Assembly: GCA_031423895.1 (NCBI GenBank)
Contig: JANPGK010000012.1
Location: 73-64,072 of the forward strand
Source of the DNA: Hyphomicrobiales bacterium
Lineage (GTDB): Bacteria; Pseudomonadota; Alphaproteobacteria; Rhizobiales; JANPGK01
Direction: 5' to 3'
Length of the DNA stretch: 64,000 nucleotides
Below the pieces are notes generated by a model, which was given only the letters and a program-made list of their open reading frames with translations, had not been told where the DNA came from and did not search any database. The position numbers were made by a program, and so were the translations under genes. Shown here piece by piece: positions 29,563 to 39,829 of this stretch. Each line of letters starts with the position of its first letter. The first letter of the stretch is position 1.

Positions 29563-29585
29563 ATTAATCTAGTGAGACTATAATT

Positions 29586-29619
29586 AAGCCCTACACCATG
29601 TGTGTTGGGCTTTTTTTTT
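29586..29619 (+). terminator. Rho-independent terminator after cdnL
   Basis: AAGCCCtACACccatgtGTGTtGGGCTT is followed by a run of nine T. Confidence 0.65.
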
Positions 29620-29656
29620 GCGGTAAAATTGCGCCACATGAACGCATCACAAAATG

Positions 29657-29686
29657 AAAAAAGGCACCAATCTTTCGATTGGCACC
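29657..29686 (-). terminator. Probable terminator of acnA
   Basis: The minus strand reads aGGTGCCAATCgaaaGATTGGTGCCtttttt, with two internal mismatches in the stem. It lies 26 nt after the acnA stop. Confidence 0.5.
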
Positions 29687-29711
29687 TTTGTTATTTCTAT
29701 CGTTCAATAGT

Positions 29712-32408
29712 CTATGCAGCCTTCCGCAACACATATTGTAAAATGCCACTGTTTTTGAAGTAATCCAACTCATCGATCGTATCGATGCGGCAGATCAGCG
29801 GCACTTTTTTCACAGCACCATCAGCAAATGTGATTTCGGCGGTCATTTTCTGGCGGGGTTTGAGGCCTTTGGAAACACCTTTGATAGTGACCTTCTCATC
29901 ACCTTTGAGCCCAAGTGTTTGCCAGCTGGTGCCCTCTTCAAACACCAATGGTAACACACCCATGCCGACAAGGTTGGAACGGTGAATCCGCTCAAAGCTT
30001 TGCGCAATCACGGCGCGTACACCTAGCAAGCGTGTGCCTTTTGCGGCCCAATCACGGCTAGAACCTGTGCCATATTCCTTGCCGGCAAATACTACAAGCG
30101 GGGCTTTTTCTTGCCCATAACGCATGGCCGCATCATAAATCGCCATTTGCTCACCTGATGGGTAATGCTTGGTGATGCCACCTTCAACGCCCGCCACCAT
30201 TTGGTTTTTAATGCGCGTATTGGCAAATGTGCCGCGCATCATCACTTCATGGTTGCCGCGCCGTGCGCCATAGGAGTTGAAATCGAGCACATCTACCTTA
30301 TTCGAGGTGAGATAGAGCCCTGCTGGCGATGTTTTTTTGATCGACCCTGCTGGCGAGATGTGGTCGGTGGTGATGCTGTCCAAAAACAGCCCCAACACGC
30401 GCGCGCCTTCAATCTCTTCAATGCCTTCAGGCTTTTTGCTCATGCCCACAAAATAGGGTGGGTTTTGCACATAAGTCGATTTATTGTTCCATGTGTAGGT
30501 CATGCCGCCAGAAACGGGGATTTTCTGCCAATCTTCGTCACCTTTGAACACGTCCTTATAGCGCTTCACAAACATATTGCGTTTTACACATGAATTCATA
30601 ATACGTTTGATATCTTTAGTTTTTGGCCAAATATTGCGCAGGTAAATATTTTTGCCTGTGGCACTCACGCCAATGGGTGTTTTTTTGAAGTCGATGTTCA
30701 TGGTGCCCGCCAGCGCATAGGCCACTACCAATGGCGGCGAGGCCAAGTAGTTGGCTTTCACATCGGGGTTCACGCGGCCTTCAAAATTACGATTGCCCGA
30801 AAGCACGGCTGCGGCCACGAGGTCATTTTCATTGATGGTTTTAGAAATGGCTTCATTAAGCGGGCCCGAGTTGCCAATACATGTGGTGCAGCCATAACCC
30901 ACAAGGTTGAAGCCAAGCGCGTCGAGGTCCTTCTGCAGGCCTGATTTCATTAAATAATCTGTCACCACCTTGCTGCCAGGGGCGAGCGAGGTTTTCACCC
31001 ATGGCTTGGATTTCAACCCCAATTTGGCGGCTTTACGCGCGAGCAACCCCGCAGCGATCAACACCGAAGGGTTTGATGTGTTGGTGCAGGAGGTAATCGC
31101 TGCGATTACCACATCGCCATGGCCAAGGTCGTGTGCGCGCCCTGCAACGGGGAATCGTGCGTCCATTTCCGCCGCTTTGCCATATGAGCTGGAAAGTTCC
31201 TTGCGGAATTCCTTGCCGGCTTTGGACAGCACCACACGGTCTTGCGGGCGGCGGGGGCCAGCGAGTGAGGCCTCCACAGTGGTAAGATCAAGCTCCATCA
31301 CATCGGTGAACACTGGGTCGGCAGCGCCAGCGCTCCACCATAGGCCTTGCGCTTTGGAATAGGCTTCCACCAATGCAATCCGCTCTGGCTTGCGACCCGT
31401 TGTGGTGAGATAGCGCACAGTTTCGCCATCCACAGGGAAAAAGCCGCAGGTTGCGCCATATTCTGGCGCCATATTCGCAATTGTCGCACGGTCTTCCAAT
31501 GTAAGATGGGCAAGCCCCTCACCATAAAATTCCACAAATTTACCCACAACACCGCGCGCGCGCAGCATTTGGGTGATGGTCAACACCAAGTCGGTTGCGG
31601 TAATGCCTTCACCAATTTCGCCCGTAAGCTTGAAGCCCACAACCTCAGGAATCAGCATGGAAACAGGTTGCCCCAGCATAACTGCTTCGGCCTCAATGCC
31701 GCCCACGCCCCAGCCCAAAACAGACAGGCCATTCACCATTGTGGTGTGACTATCGGTACCCACCAATGTGTCGGGATAGGCCAATTCTGCCCGTTTTCCT
31801 GCCACACTGCCTTTGGTGGTCCACACGCCTTGCGCGAGATATTCCAAATTCACCTGGTGACAAATGCCTGTGCCTGGTGGCACAACGCGGAAATTATTAA
31901 AGGCCGACTGCCCCCACCGCAAAAACTCATAGCGCTCCAAATTACGTTTATATTCAATGTCTTTGTTTTGTTCGAACGCACCCGATGTAGCGAAATGATC
32001 CACCATCACCGAGTGGTCAATCACAAGATCCACCGGCACTAAAGGGTTCACTTTTTTGGGGTTGCCACCCAGCTTCACCGTGGCGTCGCGCATGGCCGCC
32101 AAATCAACAACCGCTGGCACACCCGTGAAATCTTGCATCAAAACGCGCGCGGGTAAAAACGCAATTTCTCGCTCGCTGGTTTTGCTCACAAGCCATGTTG
32201 CAACCGCTTCAATATCCTCTTTTGTCACCGTTTTGCCATCCTCACGGCGCAGCAGGTTTTCCAGCAGCACTTTGAGGGAGTAAGGCAATTTGGAAATGCC
32301 TTTCAGCCCGTTTTTTTCGGCCATAGGCAGCGAGAAATACGTATAGGTTTTTTTACCTACAGTTAGAGTGGTACAACATTTGAAGCTATCGAGGCCTTTG
32401 AGTTTCAT
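29712..32408 (-). CDS. acnA: Aconitate hydratase A
   Basis: The 898-aa protein contains ..[14 protein letters not shown].., ..[10 protein letters not shown].., ..[12 protein letters not shown].. and ..[16 protein letters not shown].. Confidence 0.98.
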   Translation of the reverse strand: MKLKGLDSFKCCTTLTVGKKTYTYFSLPMAEKNGLKGISKLPYSLKVLLENLLRREDGKTVTKEDIEAVATWLVSKTSEREIAFLPARVLMQDFTGVPAVVDLAAMRDATVKLGGNPKKVNPLVPVDLVIDHSVMVDHFATSGAFEQNKDIEYKRNLERYEFLRWGQSAFNNFRVVPPGTGICHQVNLEYLAQGVWTTKGSVAGKRAELAYPDTLVGTDSHTTMVNGLSVLGWGVGGIEAEAVMLGQPVSMLIPEVVGFKLTGEIGEGITATDLVLTITQMLRARGVVGKFVEFYGEGLAHLTLEDRATIANMAPEYGATCGFFPVDGETVRYLTTTGRKPERIALVEAYSKAQGLWWSAGAADPVFTDVMELDLTTVEASLAGPRRPQDRVVLSKAGKEFRKELSSSYGKAAEMDARFPVAGRAHDLGHGDVVIAAITSCTNTSNPSVLIAAGLLARKAAKLGLKSKPWVKTSLAPGSKVVTDYLMKSGLQKDLDALGFNLVGYGCTTCIGNSGPLNEAISKTINENDLVAAAVLSGNRNFEGRVNPDVKANYLASPPLVVAYALAGTMNIDFKKTPIGVSATGKNIYLRNIWPKTKDIKRIMNSCVKRNMFVKRYKDVFKGDEDWQKIPVSGGMTYTWNNKSTYVQNPPYFVGMSKKPEGIEEIEGARVLGLFLDSITTDHISPAGSIKKTSPAGLYLTSNKVDVLDFNSYGARRGNHEVMMRGTFANTRIKNQMVAGVEGGITKHYPSGEQMAIYDAAMRYGQEKAPLVVFAGKEYGTGSSRDWAAKGTRLLGVRAVIAQSFERIHRSNLVGMGVLPLVFEEGTSWQTLGLKGDEKVTIKGVSKGLKPRQKMTAEITFADGAVKKVPLICRIDTIDELDYFKNSGILQYVLRKAA

Positions 32409-32526
32409 GGGCAGTTTCCTTGAAAAAACGATGATTCTTAAGTGTTAGTGATTGCAGATTACGCGTTAACCATTTAACACTGTCAAGACAGACAATGGCA
32501 AAACCTCTAAATTTTGGTAAAATTTC

Positions 32527-33246
32527 GTGCACTATCCCCTATATCCACCGCAAAAACTGATTTTAAATGGTGTGAGCCTGCAGCGGGGGCATGACATAAT
32601 TTTGCGTGAGGTGAATTTCACATTCAATAGCGGCGCGTGCTATAGCATTTTGGGGCCAAACGGTATTGGCAAAACCACATTATTGCGTGCGATTTGCGGG
32701 CTGCTGCCACCACTTTCTGGCACCATCACACATACATGCGATGGCGCATTGGCGCAACATGCGCATTTTCTTGCGCATACCAATGGCGTGAAAGCCACAC
32801 TAACCGTGGCGGAGCAGCTGGCGTTTTGGCGCGGGGTGCTGGTCGAAACCGAAACTTCTTTTGAGTGTCATTCTGAGGCGCAGCCGAAGAATCTCCCTGA
32901 ACGGAGCGCAACTCAGGGAAGATCCTTCGCTTCACTCAGGATGACAGCGATTGAGGATGACGCAATTATTCAAATAATAGGCCTCACCGACTTTACCAAT
33001 ACACCCACCACAAAGCTCTCCGCAGGGCAGCGCAAACGCTTGGCATTAGGGCGTATACTCATCGCGCCGCGCCCCATTTGGTGCTTGGACGAGCCCACCA
33101 ACACGCTCGATGCACATGGCGTGCAATTATTGACCAGCATGATAGCACAACACACTCAAAATGGCGGTATTGCGCTGGTGGCAACGCATATTCAGCCACT
33201 TTTTGAGGGTGAGATCGCGCTTAACTTACAACATTTTGCGAGTTAG
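32527..33246 (+). CDS. ccmA: Heme exporter ATP-binding protein CcmA, carrying an in-frame repeat-derived insertion
   Basis: It has Walker A GPNGIGKTTLLR, signature LSAGQRKRLAL and Walker B IWCLDEP. At 239 aa it is longer than the roughly 200-210 aa usual for CcmA. The start is a GTG. Confidence 0.88.
   Translation: MHYPLYPPQKLILNGVSLQRGHDIILREVNFTFNSGACYSILGPNGIGKTTLLRAICGLLPPLSGTITHTCDGALAQHAHFLAHTNGVKATLTVAEQLAFWRGVLVETETSFECHSEAQPKNLPERSATQGRSFASLRMTAIEDDAIIQIIGLTDFTNTPTTKLSAGQRKRLALGRILIAPRPIWCLDEPTNTLDAHGVQLLTSMIAQHTQNGGIALVATHIQPLFEGEIALNLQHFAS
32867..32945. repeat. Long imperfect palindromic element (family C, GTCATyCTGAGG type) inside ccmA
   Basis: GTCATTCTGAGgcgcagCCGAAGAATCTCCCTGAacggagcgcaacTCAGGGAAGATCCTTCGcttcaCTCAGGATGAC. 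It is translated as ..CHSEAQPKNLPERSATQGRSFASLRMT.. Confidence 0.85.
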
Positions 33247-33694
33247 CGGATTGTGGCTTCATCATTGTACGTGAATATGCCCATACGCTCGCGCACGCAA
33301 CGCCTATGATAGATGATATTTGAGCGCCTTTTTTCAATTGTGCGATCCAATCTTGTAATACATGATCATACATATAAGAAATCGCACGTGCGGCATCGAT
33401 ATTGTAAACCTCATACGCAGCAAATACCTGATTACGAACAATATTATTAAATTTTTCTAGTGCATCTACGATTTCTGATTTGCGGTACTCATTTGAAAGC
33501 TGACTCCCAAGAACGAGCGCTTCATCCATGAGATTTTTATATGGACGAATCTTCCCATTACGTGCTGCTTCCATAAAAAATTTTGCTGCTTCAATATCTT
33601 CTTTATATTTTTGATCTTTTACAAACTGGCCAAGATCTCTTCCAATTTTTGGTATAGGTAAGGCTGTATTCAACATAAGTTCAAGCGCTAACAT
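33221..33694 (-). CDS. AT-rich tail-anchored orphan protein P6 (157 aa)
   Basis: The N-domain is helical. The C-terminus is ISSIIGVACASVWAYSRTMMKPQSANSQNVVS. The 3' end overlaps the ccmA 3' end by 26 nt (convergent). Confidence 0.7.
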   Translation of the reverse strand: MLALELMLNTALPIPKIGRDLGQFVKDQKYKEDIEAAKFFMEAARNGKIRPYKNLMDEALVLGSQLSNEYRKSEIVDALEKFNNIVRNQVFAAYEVYNIDAARAISYMYDHVLQDWIAQLKKGAQISSIIGVACASVWAYSRTMMKPQSANSQNVVS

Positions 33695-33891
33695 ATTATT
33701 ATCTCACTCAGTTTAATCAAAAAACAATTTCTGTATATTTTACAAAACACAAAAATATGGTGTCTACAATTGAAATATGGCCATTCGCGAGCGTTTGGCT
33801 AAAATTTAGGCATAAATTCATACATTATTTGCACCTTTGCACGCAGCATTTGTAATTCCGTGTGTGATTTGCCACACTGAGTGCACATATC

Positions 33892-36800
33892 ATGATTCAT
33901 GAGGCCGCAATGTTTGCTCAACCTGCTCCACGCACCGCGTTTTTCGCACAATTAGACGCAATTCTCGCCAAAACGGGCCAAAAATTCCTCGGTGCATTCG
34001 CGCAAGACATGTTCGCCCGTGTGGCGTGGGAGGATATCGCCCCTTATAGCGCGGAAGACATTGCTCTATTGGTGCAAAATGCGTGGGCGCACATGGCGGC
34101 CAATCGCAATAATGCCCCATCCATCCGCATTTATGCGCCAGAATTGCCCGCGCACCACGTGCATGTGCTGGAATTGGTGAACACCAATCGCCCGTTTATT
34201 TTCGATTCTGTAATGGGCGAGCTGGCCAGCCGCAACCTCACCGTGCATTTGGTGGCGCACCCTGTGTTGCCACTGCTGCGCAATGGCACAGGTGAATGCG
34301 AAGCATTTGAAAACGCACCGCAAGATGAAGCCGCCACGCGTGAAAGCTTCATTCACATTCATATCGACCCAATTGAGGATGATGCCGCAAAAAAAGCCCT
34401 TATTACCGCTCTGGAACTGGTGCTGCGCGATGTGGAATTTGCGGTGGATGATTGGAAATTGATGTTGGCGCGGCTCGATGCGCAAATTGCCAGCTTCAAA
34501 ACTATGCCTCCGCCTGTAGAACCCGCCGAGGCCGAAGAAGCTTTGGCCTTTATGGAATGGCTGCGCGACAATAACTTCACCCTGCTGGGCCTGCGGGAAT
34601 ATGCCTATGTGGGAGATGCAGGCCAAGGCCGACTTGAACCGATTGACACCACAGGGCTGGGCATTTTGCGCGACCCCGCAGTGGGCATTTTGCGTCGTGG
34701 CACACAAGCGGTCACCATGACAGATGAGCTGCAAGCCTTCATCAATGCCCCGCAGCCGTTGATTGTGAGCAAAGCCAACAGCCGCGCGCGCGTGCACCGC
34801 CATGTGCATATGGATTATGTGGGCATTAAAATTTTTGATAGCAAAGGTGCCCTCAGCGGAGAATTGCGACTCACAGGGTTGTTCACCTCCACCGCCTATA
34901 CACGCTCAGTGCGCAGCATTCCGTTTATTCGCGCCAAAGCCCAGTTTGTGCTGGATGAAGCGGGGTTCGCGCCCGATAGCCACTCGGGCAAATCGCTGCT
35001 CACGGTACTAGAAAACTTCCCGCGTGATGAGCTATTTCAGCTAAGCAATCTGCAGCTGTATGAATTTGCCATTGCGGTGCTGCAGCTGGAAGAACGCCCC
35101 CGTATTCGTGTACTGGCGCGGCGCGATAAGTTTGAGCGGTTTATATCCGTATTGGCCTATGTACCGCGTGAGCGTATAACAACCGAAATTCGCCTAAAAA
35201 TTGGCGAGATATTGGCCGAAGCCTTTGGCGGTCGCGTGTCTATTTTTACCCCTTCTTATACGGAAGGGGCGCTGGCAAGACTGCAATTTGTGATCGGCAA
35301 ACCCACGGATGTAGTGCTGTACCCCGAGCAAGCCGCACTGGAACTGGCCATTTCAAACTGTGTGCGCAGCTGGCACGAGCATTTACTGGAAGTGATCAGC
35401 CATGATACGGGCGCCGATCTTCACACCGCCAGAGGGTTGCACACCACTTGGGGGCACGCGTTCGATGCCGCCTATCAGCAAGATTTCAGCGTGTTTACCG
35501 CACAAAACGACATCAAAACGCTAGAGAAAATGCGCGGTGAGCAAGCCATTGCGCTCGATTTTTTTTCATTATCAGAAGAACCGTCCACCGCGCTGCACCT
35601 GCGCCTCTTCCATAAAAATAGCCCCATCGCACTGTCTGAACGCGTGCCGATGCTGGAAAATATGGGCTTCCGCGTGATCAGCGAGCGCACCTATACACTA
35701 CGCCCCGTATATGATGGGGTCACACACGCCACAGCATTTTTGCATGATATGCTGCTCACGCGCGCTGATGGCACAGAGTCCCCGCAAGATGACGCATTAT
35801 TTGCGCGGCTGGAGCGCATGTTCAATGCCGTGTGGGATGGCGTAGCCGAAAATGATTTATTCAACGCATTGTGCCTCAAAACGGGGCTGGAATGGCGCGA
35901 AATTGCGGTGTTGCGTGCCATTGCCCGCTATTTGCGGCAAATTCAAAGTACATACACCCTCACCTATATGGCGCACACCATGTGCAAGCATCATGTGATC
36001 GCACGGGACATTGTGGCGCTGTTCACAAGCAAATTTAACCCCGATTTGGGCGCCGATATGGCCCAACGCACTCCCATTGTGGAGGGCTGGCGCACCGCAA
36101 TTGTGCAAGCGCTCACCAGTGTGAGCAGCCTTGATGAAGACCGAATTTTGCGCCGTTTTCTGAATGTAATTGAGGCAATGCTGCGGACGAATTATTATCA
36201 AGAAACTGCGGCCGATACGATTAGCTTCAAACTCAATTCATCTCAACTCGACCATCTGCCCAAGCCTGTGCCCATGGCCGAAATTTGGGTGTATAGCCCG
36301 CGCGTAGAGGGCGTACATTTGCGCTTTGGCCGCATTGCCCGTGGCGGCTTACGCTGGAGCGACCGCCCGCAGGATTTCCGCACCGAAGTGCTGGGGTTGG
36401 TGAAGGCGCAACAGGTGAAAAATGCCGTGATCGTGCCAGTAGGCGCAAAAGGTGGCTTTTTCCCGAAAAAAATGCCAGAAAACCCACCGCGCGATGTGAT
36501 GATGGCAGAGGGCACCGCCAGCTATATTCAATTTGTGTCGTCGCTTTTGGCCATCACCGATAATCGTGCGCCATCGGGGGAAATTCTGCCACCAGCCAAT
36601 GTCATTCGCTATGATGGCGACGATCCATACCTCGTTGTTGCCGCCGATAAAGGTACCGCCACATTTTCCGACACCGCAAATGGCATTTCAGCTACCCACG
36701 AATTTTGGCTGGGAGATGCGTTCGCATCAGGTGGCTCGGTGGGGTATGATCACAAAAAAATGGGCATCACCGCACGCGGCGGTTGGGAGGCAGTAAAACG

Positions 36801-38619
36801 CCACTTCCGCGAAATAAACATTGATATTCAAATCACACCCTTCACTGTGGCGGGTGTGGGGGATATGTCCGGCGATGTGTTTGGCAATGCCATGCTGCTC
36901 TCGCGCGCCATAAAGCTTGTGGCCGCGTTCGACCACCGCGATATTTTCCTTGACCCTAACCCTGATATTGAGACCAGCTTCAATGAACGCGACCGCATGT
37001 TCAAGCTGCCGCGCTCGTCTTGGGCGGATTATAATGCGGAGCTAATTTCCACAGGCGGCGGTGTATTCTCACGCACGCTCAAATCTATTCCCATATCTGA
37101 TGAGGTTGCCGCTGCTTTGGGCGTCACCGCCAAAGAGATGACACCCGATGAGCTGATGAATGCGATTTTAAAAGCACCGGTAGATTTGATGTGGTTCGGC
37201 GGCATTGGCACCTATATTCGCAGCACCGATGAAACCGATGCCCAAGTGGGCGACCGCGCCAATGATTCTGTACGCATCACCGCGCCCGAATTGCGGGCAA
37301 AAGTGGTGGGTGAAGGCGCTAATTTGGGGCTTACCCAGCGCAGCCGTATCGAGCTGGCACAGCATGGCGTGCGCTTGAACACCGACGCCATCGACAATTC
37401 CGCAGGAGTCAACTCATCAGATGTGGAAGTGAACATTAAAATTGCGTTGGAAGGCGTAGTGCGCTCTGGCCGCCTATCCGTGGAAGACCGCAACATATTG
37501 CTGGCCTCAATGACCACCGAGGTGGCGCATTTGGTGCTCTCCAATAATTATCGGCAAACGCTAGCGGTTTCAATCGCCCAACACGATGCAGTGGAAGACC
37601 TCGCCTTTGCTGAACGCTTGATGCTGCAACTAGAAGCCACAGGCCAGCTCGACCGCGTTGTAGAATACCTCCCCAGTAGCGCGGACATAACGCGCCGTGC
37701 ATCGATTGGAACAGGCCTTACTCGCCCCGAAATTGCGGTGCTACTGGCCTATTCCAAACTATCGCTTAAGGCGCAATTGCTCACATCGGACTGTTTAGAC
37801 GATCCCGCCCTCACGCCCATGTTGCTCGACTATTTCCCTCATGCATTGCAAGAGGCATATCCGCAAGAAGTGTTGGCGCATGGCTTGCGCCGCGAGATTA
37901 TTGCCACAAAATTAGTGAATTTGGTGATCGATCGCGGCGGATTCACCATTGTGCCGCGCATGATGGACCAAACAGGCACCACACCTATACATTTGGCATT
38001 GGCATTTGCGCTTGCATGGCAGGTGTTTGAAGGCGATGCCCGTGTGGCCATTATCGACTCGCTTGATAATACCGATGGCATAGCACAATTGGCTGCCTAT
38101 GCCCGCTTACAAAATTTTATGCGCAACCAAACCCTATGGTTTATTCGAAATGAACGCTTCGATGCACCGCTGGAAACCCTCATCGCCACCTACACACAAG
38201 GGTTGCACCGCATTCACATGGGCGAAATGCTGCCGCTGAGCGGGCTCGACAATGCACCCGAACTCATTCGCATTCAACAGGCCACCACCGCCCCCATGGC
38301 GCAAGTGATCAATACATGGACCGCAGTTTCTCAAGCATTTTTAGTGCCAGAACTGTTGCAAAAAACCAAAACGATTGCGAGTGAAACCTATCACGATACA
38401 CTGGCGCAAGCCCGCATGATGCACGACATCACTCGCGCGCAGCATAATATCACACGTGCGGCGCTGCAAGCAGGCGGCTTTTCGGCATGGCAACAACCCA
38501 TGCAGGAGGACATGCTGCGCATTCGCCAACGCATTGCTGATGAATTAAAGGTGGAGCGCATGACATTGGCACGACTTGCTGTTATAAGTGGCTTTATCAC
38601 CGATATCGCCCCACAATAA
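33892..38619 (+). CDS. gdhZ: NAD-specific glutamate dehydrogenase, large (about 180 kDa) type
   Basis: The 1575-aa protein contains ..RGGLRWSDRPQDFRTEVLGLVKAQQVKNAVIVPVGAKGGF.. and ..GDMSGDVFGN.., characteristic of the giant bacterial GDH family. Confidence 0.95.
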   Translation: MIHEAAMFAQPAPRTAFFAQLDAILAKTGQKFLGAFAQDMFARVAWEDIAPYSAEDIALLVQNAWAHMAANRNNAPSIRIYAPELPAHHVHVLELVNTNRPFIFDSVMGELASRNLTVHLVAHPVLPLLRNGTGECEAFENAPQDEAATRESFIHIHIDPIEDDAAKKALITALELVLRDVEFAVDDWKLMLARLDAQIASFKTMPPPVEPAEAEEALAFMEWLRDNNFTLLGLREYAYVGDAGQGRLEPIDTTGLGILRDPAVGILRRGTQAVTMTDELQAFINAPQPLIVSKANSRARVHRHVHMDYVGIKIFDSKGALSGELRLTGLFTSTAYTRSVRSIPFIRAKAQFVLDEAGFAPDSHSGKSLLTVLENFPRDELFQLSNLQLYEFAIAVLQLEERPRIRVLARRDKFERFISVLAYVPRERITTEIRLKIGEILAEAFGGRVSIFTPSYTEGALARLQFVIGKPTDVVLYPEQAALELAISNCVRSWHEHLLEVISHDTGADLHTARGLHTTWGHAFDAAYQQDFSVFTAQNDIKTLEKMRGEQAIALDFFSLSEEPSTALHLRLFHKNSPIALSERVPMLENMGFRVISERTYTLRPVYDGVTHATAFLHDMLLTRADGTESPQDDALFARLERMFNAVWDGVAENDLFNALCLKTGLEWREIAVLRAIARYLRQIQSTYTLTYMAHTMCKHHVIARDIVALFTSKFNPDLGADMAQRTPIVEGWRTAIVQALTSVSSLDEDRILRRFLNVIEAMLRTNYYQETAADTISFKLNSSQLDHLPKPVPMAEIWVYSPRVEGVHLRFGRIARGGLRWSDRPQDFRTEVLGLVKAQQVKNAVIVPVGAKGGFFPKKMPENPPRDVMMAEGTASYIQFVSSLLAITDNRAPSGEILPPANVIRYDGDDPYLVVAADKGTATFSDTANGISATHEFWLGDAFASGGSVGYDHKKMGITARGGWEAVKRHFREINIDIQITPFTVAGVGDMSGDVFGNAMLLSRAIKLVAAFDHRDIFLDPNPDIETSFNERDRMFKLPRSSWADYNAELISTGGGVFSRTLKSIPISDEVAAALGVTAKEMTPDELMNAILKAPVDLMWFGGIGTYIRSTDETDAQVGDRANDSVRITAPELRAKVVGEGANLGLTQRSRIELAQHGVRLNTDAIDNSAGVNSSDVEVNIKIALEGVVRSGRLSVEDRNILLASMTTEVAHLVLSNNYRQTLAVSIAQHDAVEDLAFAERLMLQLEATGQLDRVVEYLPSSADITRRASIGTGLTRPEIAVLLAYSKLSLKAQLLTSDCLDDPALTPMLLDYFPHALQEAYPQEVLAHGLRREIIATKLVNLVIDRGGFTIVPRMMDQTGTTPIHLALAFALAWQVFEGDARVAIIDSLDNTDGIAQLAAYARLQNFMRNQTLWFIRNERFDAPLETLIATYTQGLHRIHMGEMLPLSGLDNAPELIRIQQATTAPMAQVINTWTAVSQAFLVPELLQKTKTIASETYHDTLAQARMMHDITRAQHNITRAALQAGGFSAWQQPMQEDMLRIRQRIADELKVERMTLARLAVISGFITDIAPQ

Positions 38620-38633
38620 CACCCGATCCAAAC

Positions 38634-39296
38634 ATGTCTTCACCGCTTCTCACTTGGTTTTCCGTTGAAACACGCACCGCAGCGCGCGGGGGCATGGCGT
38701 GGGCGCACACCACAGCGATGTTTGCAACATTAGTGCTGCTGTTGCCCTTTGCATTTGGCAATGAGCTGGCGCAATTGCGCGAAATTGCTCTGCGCGCCAT
38801 GTGGTTCAACGCCATGCTCGTTCAAGTGCTGGCCATGAACACGCTATTCCACGATGATTTAGATGACGGCACGCTGGAGCTGATCCCCGCCTCGCACCTG
38901 CCATTATGGCACTATAGTGCGGGGAAAATCGCCATCGCATGGATGCTCTATGGTGTGCCATTGGCCGCTATCACCCCCATTTTGGCGGTGGCGTTCGATG
39001 TGCATATGGCGCAAGTGCTGGCGCTGCTGGCCAGCTTAATGGTTGGCACCCTCGCCATTTCAGCCCTGTGCAGCCTTGGCGCTGCCGTAAATTTGGCTCT
39101 GCCGCGTGGTAGCGTTCTCTCGAGCCTTTTGGTGCTGCCATTGTGCGTGCCGGTGCTGATTTTTGGCATTTCCGCCGCCAGCGACCCTGCAATTTTCACA
39201 GCGGCAATGTCGGGCCTGTTTGGACTTGCTTTGCTCTATGGGCTTATTGCAATTTTCGCCACGCCTGCAATTGTGCGCATAGTGCTAGCGCGCTAA
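38634..39296 (+). CDS. ccmB: Heme exporter membrane protein CcmB
   Basis: The 220-aa polytopic membrane protein contains ..FHDDLDDGTLELI.., typical of CcmB. Confidence 0.92.
   Translation: MSSPLLTWFSVETRTAARGGMAWAHTTAMFATLVLLLPFAFGNELAQLREIALRAMWFNAMLVQVLAMNTLFHDDLDDGTLELIPASHLPLWHYSAGKIAIAWMLYGVPLAAITPILAVAFDVHMAQVLALLASLMVGTLAISALCSLGAAVNLALPRGSVLSSLLVLPLCVPVLIFGISAASDPAIFTAAMSGLFGLALLYGLIAIFATPAIVRIVLAR
39247..39283 (+). repeat. Direct repeat, copy A (authentic ccmB 3' end)
   Basis: ttgcaattttcgccacgcctgcaattgtgcgcatagt encodes IAIFATPAIVRIV. It matches 39778-39814 at 31 of 37 positions by my count. Confidence 0.8.
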
Positions 39297-39297
39297 A

Positions 39298-39705
39298 TTA
39301 TGCAGCTGCATCAGGCTTGCGAACCGCCCGTTCAACGCCAAATAATGCCAAAGCACCAATCAATAATCTTAATGGCATATTTGTAACATTATGTAGCCCA
39401 ACACGATAATGCCAGATTGAATTCTTTAAAAGCCCATCGCATGATTTTTGTTTTGAATACAAATCTTTCAGTTTTGAAACAAACAAATCATACCCAGATT
39501 GAAGAATTGGCATATCAATATCTTTAAATTTATGGGTATTTGCAGTATGTTCTGAAAGAACTTTCATAATTTCACCAGAAGACCTAGAAATGCTATTTCT
39601 TTTATGAACATTATGTTCATAATCCATAAATTTAATTTCTAATTCTAATTTTACTTTACTAAATTCAGCATACATGCTGTTGCATACATCAAACGCAGAT
39701 GTCAT
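39298..39705 (-). CDS. AT-rich tail-anchored orphan protein P7 (135 aa)
   Basis: aaggat lies upstream of the ATG. The C-terminus is MPLRLLIGALALFGVERAVRKPDAAA. Its stop codon begins 1 nt after the ccmB stop. Confidence 0.7.
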   Translation of the reverse strand: MTSAFDVCNSMYAEFSKVKLELEIKFMDYEHNVHKRNSISRSSGEIMKVLSEHTANTHKFKDIDMPILQSGYDLFVSKLKDLYSKQKSCDGLLKNSIWHYRVGLHNVTNMPLRLLIGALALFGVERAVRKPDAAA

Positions 39706-39777
39706 TTCATTATCCTTTTAATTACTAATATGGGAAAAAGCACACGCTTATGCACCTCGTCAAGCCTTATGTTGATG

Positions 39778-39814
39778 TTGCAATTTTCGTAACACTCGCT
39801 ATTGTGCGCATAGT
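39778..39814 (+). repeat. Direct repeat, copy B (relic of the ccmB 3' end immediately upstream of ccmC)
   Basis: ttgcaattttcgtaacactcgctattgtgcgcatagt would encode VAIFVTLAIVRIV. It lies 16 nt upstream of the ccmC ATG. Confidence 0.8.
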
Positions 39815-39829
39815 TTTGGCACGGTCATC

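Noticed and set aside
33760-33800. Sigma-54-like TGGCC-N8-GC upstream of the gdh gene.
   Set aside because: Only the GG and GC dinucleotides match, and the flanking consensus is absent.
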